This document shows positions 1 to 11,316 of a DNA stretch of 64,000 nucleotides, in pieces. The stretch lies in contig CAVWLP010000002.1 of NCBI GenBank assembly GCA_963755915.1, positions 3,808,001 to 3,872,000 of the forward strand, read 5' to 3'. The position numbers and the translations under genes were made by a program. This DNA is from an uncultured Phycisphaerales bacterium (GTDB lineage Bacteria > Planctomycetota > Phycisphaerae > Tepidisphaerales > Tepidisphaeraceae). Under the pieces are notes generated by a model that was given only the letters and a program-made list of their open reading frames with translations, ran no database searches and was not told the origin of the DNA. Each line of letters begins with the position of its first letter. Positions within the stretch are counted from its first letter, which is position 1.

Positions 1-357
1 CGCATTCAGAATCTCTCCAGCCCAGGCCCCATGAAACCCCCGGTCAAATTCGCAGGTCTGAAAGAGCCCCCCGCGCCATCCATCCGACCACCGCCGCGCC
101 GCCGATACCGCGTCGAGGTGCGGAATCGTCTTTCGCACCCCCGGCGTATGCACCTTGCACTTCATCTCCGCCGCGATCGGCGCCACCGCCTGCGCCTGGT
201 CTTCCCAGCACAAAATCACGCACTCCCGCACGTTCTTCGTCCTCCCCAGCCGAAACAGTGTCCATCCCAGCGGCGCTTCCCCGCGAAACTTTCGCGTGGC
301 GCTGTCCGGCTTCCCCGCCGGCTCGTGCAGCATCGATAAAACCGCCACCAATTTCAC
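1..357 (-). CDS. 5' part of a probable nucleotidyltransferase-like (SpsF/cytidylyltransferase-like) protein, runs off the window edge
   Basis: Not in the ORF track. Manual translation from GTG 357 (GTGA overlap with the upstream stop) gives MKLVAVLSMLHEP...RKFRGEAPLGWTLFRL...RRWSDGWRGGLFQTCEFD, open to position 1. Product inferred from weak resemblance and context. Confidence 0.45.
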   Translation of the reverse strand, partial: MKLVAVLSMLHEPAGKPDSATRKFRGEAPLGWTLFRLGRTKNVRECVILCWEDQAQAVAPIAAEMKCKVHTPGVRKTIPHLDAVSAARRWSDGWRGGLFQTCEFDRGFHGAWAGEILNA

Positions 358-2292
358 GCCGCCACCCCCCGTCTTTCCGCTTCCTCGCGCAGTTGCTCGG
401 CGATATCTCTCATCGAATCCACAAACGCCTTCGCCGCCAATCCCACCGCGCGGACGTTTTCGATATCCCGCTCCACCTGGAATTCCTGCCGCTTCGTTCC
501 CTCCAGGCGGGCCGCAGCCAGCAGCCGGTCCTTCTCAAACCGTTTCATCTCCGTCTGCTGCGAATACTGCATCACCTGGTCGTACGTCCGTCCGAATCCA
601 TCCATCCGCGTCCGCAGTTCGTCCACCCGCGCAATCAAGCGGTTCACCCGCGCCTGGTCCTCCAGGTGCTCCCGAATCTCCTCCAGCAGCGGCAGCGTCT
701 GCTCGCTGATCTTCCCGATCTCCTCCGCCTCCCCCTTCCGCGCCAGCAAACACTCCCGGCAATCCTTCAAAACCTCCCATCGCGGTGCCGCCGCATCCGA
801 CTCCACTTCCGGAAGCGGATCCTTGCAGAATCCCCCAATCGCCTCCGCCAGCGTCATCACTTTCGCCCCGCGTTTCAGCGCGCCCCCCTCCGTCGCATCG
901 ATAATCCGCGATTTGCACTTCCCGAAATCCCGCTCAAACTGAAGCAGATATGTAAAGAGCCGTTCCTCCGTATACATCGGCCGGCCCTTGGTAATCTGGA
1001 ATCTTCCGCAGCAGATTCCGATCGCGCACGATCTGGTTCCACTGCATCATCTCCAGCGTGCAAAACCGCCCCAGCTCCGGCCGCCACACATCCTCGTAGC
1101 TCGTCCCCGGCGTATAGCAAAGCCCATCGCTGAATCCCAAATCCTGCCCCACGAAAATGATCGGATCGCACCCCAGAAATTCCGCCAGATAAAACGCCAG
1201 GTGCGCCACCGTTGCCCCGCCCGTCAGGCACGTCCGCCCCGGATTCATCTCCCGCAGCAATCCCTCGGCAAAGTCGTTCCCGATCAGGCTCACCGGCCCC
1301 GTCATCATCTCCAGCACTCGCGGCGTCGCCTTCGGCTCCGCGATCAGCTCCGTCCGAATCCGCGCCGGCAGCTTCTCAAAAAATCGCGTGCAGATCTCGT
1401 GATAATCCAGCGATGTCACGAAATGCGGCTCGCATCCCATCTCCAGCAGCGGCTGAAGCGTCGTCTGCACCGCGATTAACACCGCGTTCTTCTCCAGGCC
1501 TTTCAGCAAATGCTTGTTCTTCCGCAGCGACGGCCCCGCCGAAACGATCACCGCCGGCTTTCCCTTGAATCTGTCCCCCAGCCGGTTTATCCCTCCCGCC
1601 GCTGCATACCACCCGATGTTCCTCGCGATATTCCGCGCCGTCTGCTCGCTGTTCAGCAACAGCGTATTCATGTTCGTCCGGCAAAACGACGCATATTCCC
1701 CCAGCCATACCTTCACCTGATTGTGATACGCCTCATTCGCCTGCACGCTCGGCGGATGCTCGATCGTCTCCGTCCCGACCGACACCAGCGCCGTGTGCGG
1801 CGTCAACCTTCGAAAAAGCCCCGGCTTGTCCAATTCCCAGAACCACAGCAGCCGCCGGCTCGTAATCAATTTCGTAAGGTCGCGGCTCTCCAGCGCGGCG
1901 CGAATCACCCGAACGTCGGGCTCAAATATGCAGAAGATCGCCTCCTCGCTGGCGCTCTCAAACAAAACCTCGAGGTGATACCCCAGACCCAGACCCAGCA
2001 GATAAAACGCCGTCTTCTGCTCCGTCGAAATCGACTCGATCAGCCTCTGGGCCTCCGCGACCGGCTGGTAGCGGCTATGCAGATAAATATTCTTCCCCCC
2101 GGCTTCTACGCACACCGTCGCCAACCCCGACTTCGATTGCTCCACCCGGTGCCCCGTCCCCTCCAGCGCCGCCTCAATCTCCCGCGCCAGCGCCGGCTCC
2201 GTATCCCATAGCGCCGCCAGGTTCCCCACCAGCGGTGCGTCGGCGGGAATAATAAACCGCCGGGATGGTTCGGCCGCGCTCGTCATTGCCAT
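354..2292 (-). CDS. Motility-associated factor (Maf/DUF115) / MptE-like protein, frameshift near 980
   Basis: ORFs 934..2292 and 354..977. Motifs YLHSRYQP, GLGLGYH, VIVSAGPSLRKN, GGATVAH, IIFVGQDL, IIDATEGGA. Confidence 0.8.
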
Positions 2293-2413
2293 TCATTCGC
2301 TTGCGATCCATTAACTGCGCCTATAGCGTGTCCTGCCAGGTCGGTAGCCGCGGCGCAGTTGCCAATGTTTATCGGACGTTGCACACGTTATTGTTCAATG
2401 ATTCCCCGGCATT

Positions 2414-2454
2414 CCCCCCTCCCTTGGTACTCCGGGGGAGGGTTGGGGTGGGGG
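2414..2454. repeat. REP-like palindrome, family P (CCCTCCCCCGGAGTACCAGGGGAGGG plus CCCCCACCC tail), intergenic copy
   Basis: CCCTCCCTTGGTACTCCGGGGGAGGG-TTGGGGTGGGGG. Related copies at 3707, 17749, 38354 and the split copy at 49061/51060. Confidence 0.75.
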
Positions 2455-2513
2455 TCTTACAACTTTTCAAAGAGGATATCCGATCGTCCTGACCCGCTCG
2501 GTCCTTCTTCCCG

Positions 2514-3107
2514 ATGAACGACCTGCTTTTTCACACGTCCTGGTGGGTTCTGGCCTTCACGGCCCTTGGGGGAATCGCCCTGTTCCTCTTCGGCAACCGC
2601 CGCACCGACAAAGCCGTCATGCGCGTCGGCCTTGCCGTCGTCGCAATTGCCGTCCTTCTGGCCGGTCTGCGCTTTTTCTTCCCCACGCCCCGCGAACGCA
2701 TGGAAATCCGCACCAAGGCCATCGTCCGCGCCGTCGATCAGAAAGACTGGACCACCCTCAAATCTCTCCTCGACCCCAACACCATCATCTCCAACCGCGC
2801 CCGCACCCTGGTAGGGGGGGCCGATCTCATCGTCTCCACCGTCCAGTCCCAGTGCGATCGTTTCGGCGTCAAATCCGTCTCCGTCCTCGGCATCGACAGC
2901 CAGCAGATCGACACCACCGTCACCGTCGACGTCGAAGCCTACAGCACCCAGGACGCCACCCAGGACCGCCCCCAGACCAGCAGTTGGCAATTTGAATACG
3001 ACCAGGACGGCAACAACTGGATCCTCGAAAAAATCACCGTCCTCCGCATCGGCTCCCAGGACCTCACCAACTCCGACAGCCAAAACTTCAATCCAAGCGG
3101 GTATTAA
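2514..3107 (+). CDS. Hypothetical membrane protein (2 TM) with possible NTF2/SnoaL-like C-terminal domain
   Basis: 197 aa ORF with two N-terminal hydrophobic helices and host-like codon usage. Confidence 0.65.
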   Translation: MNDLLFHTSWWVLAFTALGGIALFLFGNRRTDKAVMRVGLAVVAIAVLLAGLRFFFPTPRERMEIRTKAIVRAVDQKDWTTLKSLLDPNTIISNRARTLVGGADLIVSTVQSQCDRFGVKSVSVLGIDSQQIDTTVTVDVEAYSTQDATQDRPQTSSWQFEYDQDGNNWILEKITVLRIGSQDLTNSDSQNFNPSGY

Positions 3108-3182
3108 CATCCAAAGCCCCCGGATGGCCATTTGGAGGATTTCCTCGCAACGCGCAACTTCTCCCCCTACAATTCCACCGTC

Positions 3183-3425
3183 ATGAGCGACTTCGCCCCC
3201 CTAGGTCTCTCGCGGATCAGCCTCCCCATTCGCTCCGCCGACAAAACCGAACTTCTTGTCATCCAGCGCCGCCTCGACCGCATCTTCGAGCACACCGGCT
3301 TCACTCTCGACGACGTCGTCAACAACCCCGTCGCCAGAAACGCCGTCCTCGGATACTTTAAGCTCTCCCTCATGATCGACCGCCGAAGTGAAATCGTCGA
3401 TCTCGAGCGCCAATGGAACCCGTAA
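3183..3425 (+). CDS. Small hypothetical protein
   Basis: ATG 3183 within ORF 3132..3425. Overlaps the start of the next gene. Confidence 0.55.
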   Translation: MSDFAPLGLSRISLPIRSADKTELLVIQRRLDRIFEHTGFTLDDVVNNPVARNAVLGYFKLSLMIDRRSEIVDLERQWNP

Positions 3426-4606
3426 AAAAATCCCCCGCGGCGATCACCGGCATCGGCCTGGTTACCGTCCTGGGCCAATCCGCCGACGAAACTTTCGCGG
3501 CCCTCATGGCCGGCCGCTCCATCTCCGACCACTCCAAAATCCCCGGCTTCACCGGCCCTCTCCGCATCCTCCCCATGGCCCACCGCGCCGCCGCCGAAGC
3601 CCTCTCCCACGCCCGCTGGCCCCTATCCCTCTGCGCCAGCCCCGACACCGCCCTGATCGTCGGCACCAGCAAAGGCACCATCGAATCCTGGTTTTCTCCC
3701 TCCGCCCCCTCTCCCAGTACTCTGGGAGAGGGTCGGGATGAGGGCCTGAAAAAATCTGACCAATCAAGCAAATCAAAAACCCTTAGCGACACCTTCAATT
3801 TCAACAATGCCTCCCCTCACGATTTCTCCGGCCTCTCCGAGCTCGCTCACTCCCTCGCCCAAAAATTCCATCTCGGCCTCGGCCCGCGCCTCACCATTTC
3901 CTCCGCCTGCTCCAGCGGCCTACACGCCCTCGCCCGCGCCGTCCTCGCCATCGAGTCCGGCGAAGCCCGCCGCGCTCTCGTCGTCGCCGCCGACGCCTCC
4001 GTCCATCCTCTCTTCATCTCCAGCTTCAAACGCCTCGGCATCCTCGCTCCCGAAGGTCACGGCTGCCGCCCCTTCGACCTCAACCGCGCCGGCTTCATCA
4101 TCTCCGAAGCCGCCGCCGCCCTCTGCCTCGAATCTCTCGACCACGCCACCGCACCACCTCTGGTAAAAATCGCCGCCTGGTCCCTCGCCTCGGACGCCGC
4201 CCACCTCACCGGCTGCGACCCCCACGCCCTCGCCCTCAAAAAAATGCTCCAACGCATCGCCCCCCTCGACCTCGACCTGATCCATGCCCACGCCACCGGC
4301 ACCCACCTCAACGACCCCGTCGAACTCTCCGCCCTCTCCGCCCTGCATTTCAATTCCCACCCCATCCTCTATTCCCACAAAGCCGCCCTGGGTCACTCCC
4401 TCGGCGCCGCGGGCCTCCTTTCCGCCGTCATCAACTGCCTCTGCCACGTCCACGGTAAAGTCCCCGCCAACCCGCGCACCCCAAACCCCCTCCCCACACC
4501 AACCCTCCGCTTCCCGCGCGAGCCTCTCAATTACCCCATCCGCAAAAGTCTCGCCCTCGCCGCTGGCTTCGCCGGCCCCCTCGCCGCCGTCCTGCTCGCC
4601 AGCTAA
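3413..4606 (+). CDS. Beta-ketoacyl-ACP synthase (FabF-like) family protein with in-frame repeat insertion
   Basis: ITGIGLVT, catalytic SACSSG, CRPFD..RAGF, HAHATGT, HKAALGHSLGAAG, GFAG. Confidence 0.85.
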   Translation: MEPVKKSPAAITGIGLVTVLGQSADETFAALMAGRSISDHSKIPGFTGPLRILPMAHRAAAEALSHARWPLSLCASPDTALIVGTSKGTIESWFSPSAPSPSTLGEGRDEGLKKSDQSSKSKTLSDTFNFNNASPHDFSGLSELAHSLAQKFHLGLGPRLTISSACSSGLHALARAVLAIESGEARRALVVAADASVHPLFISSFKRLGILAPEGHGCRPFDLNRAGFIISEAAAALCLESLDHATAPPLVKIAAWSLASDAAHLTGCDPHALALKKMLQRIAPLDLDLIHAHATGTHLNDPVELSALSALHFNSHPILYSHKAALGHSLGAAGLLSAVINCLCHVHGKVPANPRTPNPLPTPTLRFPREPLNYPIRKSLALAAGFAGPLAAVLLAS

Positions 4607-4612
4607 CTTTCT

Positions 4613-4668
4613 TTTCGAGTTTTGAATTTCGAATTTTGAATTTGATTCGAGTTTCGAGTTTCGAATTT
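4613..4668. repeat. Degenerate heptamer tandem repeat (TTTCGAG/TTTTGAA/TTTCGAA) between convergent genes
   Basis: tttcgag ttttgaa tttcgaa ttttgaa ... tttcgag tttcgaa. Confidence 0.7.
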
Positions 4669-4706
4669 ATCTTCGCCCGTTTTCCATTGCTGCCCCATTC
4701 CACTTC

Positions 4707-4946
4707 CTACCGTCTCGATCTTTTCGCGCGACCCGCGATCTTCCTCAAAGCTGATCCCTTGTGTATCGCAATATGATCCGTTCTGTCGCTCTTGATCAGA
4801 TACTGCGGATCATCGACCGTCGCGTGGTGAACATATCCCTTGAATGCGGTATCAGACGTCACCTTCCGAATGATCGTTCCGCTGACCCGGCCCGCTTCGG
4901 AATTCCAGGACACATGATCGCCGAGATCGAATGCCTTCATAATCAC
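4707..4946 (-). CDS. DUF2945 (HVA1-like) small protein
   Basis: GDHVSWNSEAGRVSGTI...PQYLIKSDRTDHIAIHKGSAL. Confidence 0.8.
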   Translation of the reverse strand: MIMKAFDLGDHVSWNSEAGRVSGTIIRKVTSDTAFKGYVHHATVDDPQYLIKSDRTDHIAIHKGSALRKIAGRAKRSRR

Positions 4947-5070
4947 ACGCCATGGTCAGTAGGCGCAGTATTCACCATAGCAGCGCCTCACAATCAGGTG
5001 AACAAAAAGCCAATACAATCAAAATCACCAAACGAGGTCAAAGAATGACATTTCCTCGCAAAATCGCTAT

Positions 5071-5118
5071 CCCAAACTGCCCATTATACCCAGTTTGTTG
5101 CGGAGTGTTACCTTTTGT
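5071..5118 (-). repeat. 48-bp dispersed motif Q, copy 1
   Basis: Minus strand ACAAAA-GGTA-ACACTCCGCAACAA-AC-TGGG-TATAA-TGGG-CAGTT-TGGG. Confidence 0.8.
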
Positions 5119-5143
5119 ACCGCACTGTCCAAACCAGAATTTA

Positions 5144-5755
5144 TTAATGATCAAAGCGCGGAATGAATCGCCCGGTGATTTTGCAATAGTCGACGTAGAC
5201 TGAACCGTGCACGCCCGAAAGATATTTCTCCTCGCGCCGAGCTTCCAACTGCAGCAGCACCAGGTGCGCAACCGCGACCGCAATCATCAGCGGCGAAGGC
5301 GCCGCCGCCGCCGTCGCCACCATCAGCACCGACGAAAGCGCATAAATCGGATGCCGTACATACGCAAACGGCCCAGTGACGACCAGCGGATTCTTCTCAT
5401 CCGGATCGATCCCCATCCGCCACGAAGTCCCCATCTTCTTCCAGCAGATTAACGTCAGCACAAACGCCACCACCGCCACCGCCAAAGCCGACCAAGAAAG
5501 AGCCGGTGACCCGATCAAGGGCCTCATCACCCACGGCCGACTGCAGGGCAGAGCCGTCGACAGCGGTATCGCAATCCAAAGAAACACAACCGGAAACCAG
5601 ACGAACCGGGTAATCATCCCCACTCTCCCCCGCGGCACAACGTTTGCCGGGTGCCCCGTCCGCCGCCGGATCTTGCGGGCGAGATGCACCACTCGCAGCC
5701 AGTACATGCCGACGAGAATTCCGATCAGAACCGCCGGGAGGTTTTGGAACATCAT
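5144..5755 (-). CDS. Isoprenylcysteine carboxylmethyltransferase family membrane protein
   Basis: MGTSWRMGID..LVVTGPFAYVRHPIY, EEKYL...Y..YCKITGRFIP. ATG overlaps the birA stop. Confidence 0.85.
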   Translation of the reverse strand: MMFQNLPAVLIGILVGMYWLRVVHLARKIRRRTGHPANVVPRGRVGMITRFVWFPVVFLWIAIPLSTALPCSRPWVMRPLIGSPALSWSALAVAVVAFVLTLICWKKMGTSWRMGIDPDEKNPLVVTGPFAYVRHPIYALSSVLMVATAAAAPSPLMIAVAVAHLVLLQLEARREEKYLSGVHGSVYVDYCKITGRFIPRFDH

Positions 5756-6531
5756 GCTCTGGGAAGAATAGTAACCATTCCCGCGATGATCGGCAGAACT
5801 TTCCCCCGCTGACGGATCAGCAGCCTCCCCGTGTTGTCGATCCCTTCGCATCGCCCGCTCACCACCGGCTCATGATGATTGGCGGCCACACTGACCATCT
5901 TCCCCGCCAGCGCGTCGTGGCGCGAATATTCCCGCGCGAACGCCGAAAACGGCAACTCCATCCGCCGCCGAACCGTCAAATGCAGTTGCCGCGACACCGA
6001 GATCAAAACATCCGTCATATCAAATCGTTTGCCGGCGATCTGCATGAGCGAGCTAATCCGCTCGCGAAGATTTCGCGGCGCCTCCGCCGGATCGACATTG
6101 ACATTCAGCCCAATGCCGACGAGATCGACATTGCTGACCCGCTCGCATAGCAGCCCCGCGAGTTTGCGACCATCAAGCAGCAAATCGTTCGGCCATTTAA
6201 GCTGAACGCGATCATGGCCCGTAAGCTGCACCGCCGCCTCCCGCAGTGCCAGGCCCGCGATGAGCGGAAGCTGCTGCGGAGGAAGTCGTTCGTGGATCGG
6301 CAGGGCGAAGGTAACGGTAAGAACCGCCGGATTCGACCACCATGTATTAGCGCCGCGCCCCCGGCCGGCAATTTGGCGGCCGGTGAGGACCGCGGCCGGA
6401 GCGTAGAGATCGCCCGATTTTCGCAGTCGCGCCGCATGGTCGCTGGTGCTGCGCAAGCGAGGAAAAAAGTAGAGGCGGAACGGTTTGATCGCGGGCCGAA
6501 GGCGGGGGAGGTTGAATATCGGCTCGGCCAT
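5752..6531 (-). CDS. birA: Biotin--[acetyl-CoA carboxylase] ligase
   Basis: QIAGRGRG, LKWPNDL, KLAGLL, GIGLNVN. Directly downstream of pyc. Confidence 0.9.
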   Translation of the reverse strand: MAEPIFNLPRLRPAIKPFRLYFFPRLRSTSDHAARLRKSGDLYAPAAVLTGRQIAGRGRGANTWWSNPAVLTVTFALPIHERLPPQQLPLIAGLALREAAVQLTGHDRVQLKWPNDLLLDGRKLAGLLCERVSNVDLVGIGLNVNVDPAEAPRNLRERISSLMQIAGKRFDMTDVLISVSRQLHLTVRRRMELPFSAFAREYSRHDALAGKMVSVAANHHEPVVSGRCEGIDNTGRLLIRQRGKVLPIIAGMVTILPRA

Positions 6532-6556
6532 CGCAGCGGGGGGCTACGCGAGATTC

Positions 6557-9500
6557 TCACCCTTCCAGCACAATTAGCAAATCCCCGGCGCCCACGATCG
6601 CCCCCGCCTTCACGAGCACGTCGCCCACGCTGGCGTCGCGCGGACAGTAGACGGCCGTTTCCATCTTCATCGCCTCGATGGAAAGCAGCCGCTCGCCGGA
6701 CTTCACCTGCTGCCCCTTGGCGACGGCGACATTGGAAATCTTGCCCGGCATCGGCGCCGCCACGTGATTCGGGTTGTCCGGGTCCGCCTTGGGATGGCGC
6801 GGCATCTTGGCTTCGCCGGATCGGTCGATAACGACCACTTCGCGCGGCTGGCCGTTCAATTCGAAAAAGACGGTCCGGCTCCCATCGTCGCGGACAGCAC
6901 CGCTGGTGAGATACTTGATGATCAGGGTCTTTCCCGGCTCGATTTCGACGGAAATCTCCTCGCCGCTCTGCAATCCGTAGAAAAAGGCGGACGTGGGCAG
7001 GACGGATGTATCGTCATAAGCGCGAACGTGCTTTTGGAAATCGGTGAAGACCTGCGGATAAAGCAAGTAAGAGAGGACATCCACATCCCGCACATCGCCC
7101 GCGACCTTACCTTCAAGGTCCTTGCGCGTTTTGTCGAAATCCGCCTTGGGAAGTTTGGCGCCCGGCCGGCCTTTGATGGCTTTGGCGCTGGCGCTGTCGA
7201 GGATGATCTTCTGGAGAACCTTGGGCCAGCCGCCTTCGGGAAATCCGATGGCCCCCTGCATCATTTCCACGACGCTCTTTGGGAAGTGCAGTTTTTTGGA
7301 GGGGTTCAGGACGTCCATGGCGGTGAGGCCGTTGGTGACCATGAACAGCGCCATATCGCCGACGACTTTGCTGGAGGGGGTGACTTTCACGATGTCGCCG
7401 AAGATTTCGTTGACCTGGGCGTACATGTCGGCGATTTCGTTCCAGCGGTTTTCCAGGCCCAGGCTCTTGGCCTGCTGGCGGAGATTGGTGTACTGCCCGC
7501 CGGGCATTTCATGGTGATAGACATGCGCTGACCCGGCCTTGAGGTCTTCCTCGAAGGGGTAGTACTGTTCGCGCACCGCTTCCCAGTAATCAGCCAGGCC
7601 GTTCAGCGCGTCGAGATTCAGCTCGGAATCGCGCGGTGTGTTCTGAAGCGACGCCACGAGGGAATTGAGGTTCGGCTGGCTGGTCATGCCGCTCATGCTG
7701 GCGATGGCGGCGTCGACGATATCGACGCCGGCATCGCAGGCGCGCAGGATGCTCCCCGCGTTGATGCCGCTGGTGTCGTGAGTGTGGAAGTGAATCGGGA
7801 CATCGACTTCCTCTCGCAGCGCTTTGACCAGCGCATAGGCGGCGTAGGGTTTGCACAGGCCCGCCATGTCCTTGATCGCGAGAATGTGCGTTCCCATGCG
7901 CACCAGTTCCTTGGCCATCTTCACGTAATATTTGAGACTGTATTTGCTGCGCGGGGTTGAGGATGTCGCCCGTGTAGCAGATGGCCGCTTCGCAAAGCGA
8001 CGAGGTCTTATCGCGAACCGCCTCGATCGCGACCTTCATGTTTTCGGTCCAGTTCAGCGAGTCGAAAATTCGGAAGACATCGATGCCGTGTTCGGCGGAG
8101 CGGACGACGAACTCGCGGACGACGTTGTCGGGATAGTTGGTGTATCCGACCGCGTTGCTGGCGCGCAGGAGCATCTGAAAGAGAAGATTCGGGACTTTCG
8201 CGCGCAGCTCGCCGAGGCGATCCCACGGGTCTTCCTGGAGGAAGCGCATGGCAGTGTCGAAGGTGGCGCCGCCCCACATTTCCATGCTGAAAAGCTGCGG
8301 CGCCAGATGCGCGGTCGCCGATGCGACGGCCAGAAGATCGTAGCTGCGTACCCGCGTCGCGAGCAGCGACTGGTGTGCGTCGCGGAAGGTGGTGTCCGTG
8401 AAAAAGAGGCGTTTTTGCTTGCACACCCACTGGGCGAATTTTTCCGGGCCAAGCTCGACCAGCTTTTGGCGGGTGCCGGAAGCAGGGGGCTGGCCTTTGG
8501 GATATTCGGGGACGACCGGCTCGGTAAACTCTCGCTTGGGATCGACTTTTCCTTTGACGTCAGAGCGGCCGTTGATGATCACCTCCGCGATGATAGCTGA
8601 GCAGTTTTGTCGCGCGGTCGCGCTTGGTGCGGAAGCGGAAAAGCTCCGGGGTTTCGTCGATGAACGTGGTGGTGGCGTCGCCCTTGATGAAGGTGGGGTG
8701 CTCGATGAGGTTTTCGAGGAAGGGGATGTTGGTCTTTACGCCGCGGACGCGGAATTCGCTCAGCGAGCGCGTCATGCGGTGGACGGCTTCGTCGAAGGTG
8801 AGGCCCGAGGCGATGAGCTTCACCAGCAGCGAATCGAAATACGGGGTGATGACCGCGCCGCTGAAGGCGGTGCCGCCGTCGAGGCGGATGCCGAAGCCGG
8901 CGGCGGAGCGATAGGTCGTCAGCCTGCCGTAATCGGGAATGAAATGATTCTGTGGATCTTCGGTGGTGATCCGGCACTGGATGGCGTAGCCGCGCGGCTC
9001 GATTTTGTCCTGCGCGGGGATGTTGATCGGCGGCTCGTGGAGCTGATGGCCTTGGGCGACGAGGATCTGGGTTTTGACGATATCGAATCCGGTGACGACT
9101 TCGGTGACCGTGTGCTCGACCTGGATGCGGGGGTTGACCTCAATGAAATAGAATTCGTTGCGGTCCAGATCGAGAAGGAATTCGACGGTACCGGCGTTGC
9201 GATATCCCGCCGCGGCGCACAGACGCACGGCGGACTGGCAAATGCTTTCGCGGACGCTGCGCGGAAGGTTGATGCTGGGGGCGACTTCGACGACTTTCTG
9301 GTGGCGGCGCTGGACGGAGCAGTCGCGCTCCCAGAGGTGGACGATGTTGCCGTGATGGTCGGCGAGGATCTGGACTTCGATGTGCTTGGCGCGGCGGACG
9401 TAGCGTTCGAGGAAGACGTCGGCGCGGCCGAAGGCGCCGCCGGCTTCGCGCTGGGCATTCTTCAAGCTTGGACATGAGCTCGTCGGCCTTGTTGACGACG

Positions 9501-10012
9501 CGCATGCCGCGGCCACCGCCGCCGAAGCTGGCTTTGATGATCAGGGGGAATCCGATGTCCTTGGCGGCAGCGCGGATTTCGGCGGGGTCGGTGAGGGCTT
9601 CATCCGTGCCGGGGACGGTGGGGACGTTGGTTTCGTTGGCGAGGCGCTTGGCGGCGGTTTTGTCGCCGAAGGTTTCGAGAAGTTCTGGGGTGGGGCCGAC
9701 GAAGATGATGTCGTTGTCGATGCAGGCCTGGGCGAGGTTGGCGTTTTCGGAGAGGAAACCGTAGCCGGGGTGGATGGCGTCAACGCCGCTGGCCTTGGCG
9801 ACGTCGATGAGGCCCTGGATGTTGAGGTAGCCTTTGACGGGTTCGCCGCCGTGGAGGGGGCCGATCTGGTAGGCTTCATCTGCCTTGAAGCGATGAAGCG
9901 AAAACCGGTCTTCGTAGGTGAAAACGGCAACGGTGGAGAGGCCGAGTTCGGTGGCCGCTCGAAAAACACGTATGGCGATTTCGCTCCTGTTGGCGACGAG
10001 GAGTTTTTGCAT
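6557..10012 (-). CDS. pyc: Pyruvate carboxylase, three frameshifts (~9460, ~8590, ~7945)
   Basis: Four ORF pieces: KLLVANRSEIAIR, GGGGRGMR, ERDCSVQRRHQK, TDTTFRDAHQSL, IKDMAG, HFHTHDT, biotinyl EAMKM. Confidence 0.95.
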
Positions 10013-10092
10013 TTAAATTCCCAAAAGTATGGCCGCGCTGGCGGGCGGTATTTTGGGGAAGGGCAAACGAATTGCAAGTTTGAGACTTCAAG

Positions 10093-10141
10093 ACAAAACT
10101 GGACAGTCCGCAACAAGCTGGGGGGGGATGGGGGATTTGGG
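10093..10141 (+). repeat. 48-bp dispersed motif Q, copy 2
   Basis: ACAAAA-CTGG-ACAGTCCGCAACAA-GC-TGGG-GGGGGA-TGGG-GGATT-TGGG. Confidence 0.8.
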
Positions 10142-10354
10142 GTAGCGGTTTCACGCGTTTATCGGGCTGGTTGATAGCAGTGATATCACTTCAATGGATT
10201 CGGCGTGTTGGACTCCTAAGCCGCGAGTTCTTCTCCCGCTTGCCTTGGTACCGACGTGGGGCTGCGGCGAGAAAATAAATTCGGAGCTGTTCCGATTTTT
10301 TTGGGCTCATTGAAGCGGCGGCGCACGGGCCCGGTATGTAGCCGGAAAGAATTA

Positions 10355-10421
10355 ACCGCGAAGGACGCCATGAGCGCGAAGATGGAGCCTATTTCCTTCG
10401 CGCTCTTCGGGTGCTTCGCGG
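10355..10421. repeat. Imperfect inverted-repeat doublet (REP-like)
   Basis: CCGCGAAGGACGCCATGAGCGCGAAG ... CTTCGCGCTCTTCGGGTGCTTCGCGG. Confidence 0.65.
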
Positions 10422-11316
10422 CAAAATCTCGCACGGAGAACTACGGCTTCCATTGTTCGACTCTTCGGGCGCGGTAGCTATTGACGCGCCAGTGAACCGA
10501 ACTCAACGGCGCGTTCATTCCGGGTTGTCCAACGAGGGGCAACGTTGCTACACTCGTTTTGGTGGCCAGCGGGAATTGTTGGCTTCGGTGGTTGACACCT
10601 GCGAACCAATCGCGCCGAACCGCGACAACGGCAATGCCTAAGAAGTTGAGAAGTCGGGTTCAGATTGCGCCGGGGGCGTCGTCGACAGGATTCGGGCGGC
10701 GTTTCCTGGCGATTAACAAACGCGTTTTCACATCGTGGGCTTTTTGGGCCTATCTGGGGTTGATCATCGCAACGGCGACCTGGGCGGATCTGCTGGGGAA
10801 TAAATTGCGCAAGAACAGCGCCGGCTTCGGATAAGGACGCCTATTATGTTCCGCCCGCGCCGCGGTTGCCGCTTGATCTGCCGATTTTCGCTTTACACGA
10901 TCCGGATGGCCGGCTGGTACAGAACTCGGATTTATTGGGCCACCCCTGGGTCGCGGATTTCATCTATACCGAATGCAGCGGAACGTGTTTTCAGCTCAAT
11001 AGTGAAATGTTGAACCTGCAAAACGATCCGGCAAACGCCGGCGTTCAATTTGTTTCGTTTTCCGTCGGACAGGACGACGGGCCGAACATTCTGAAACAGT
11101 ATCTGGCAAACTACTACGCCGATACGGACAAATCCCGCTGGCACGTCCTGGCTGCGGACGATTTATTTTTGCCGAGCACGGCCGTGTCGCTGGGGCTTGC
11201 CGATTCGGTACAGCAAATCCGGGACGGCTTCCTGCCCTACAGTACGGACCTGTATCTGGTCGATGGGTGGGGAAAGTTGCAGGGCATTTACGATGGCTTG
11301 TCGAGTGACGATCTGC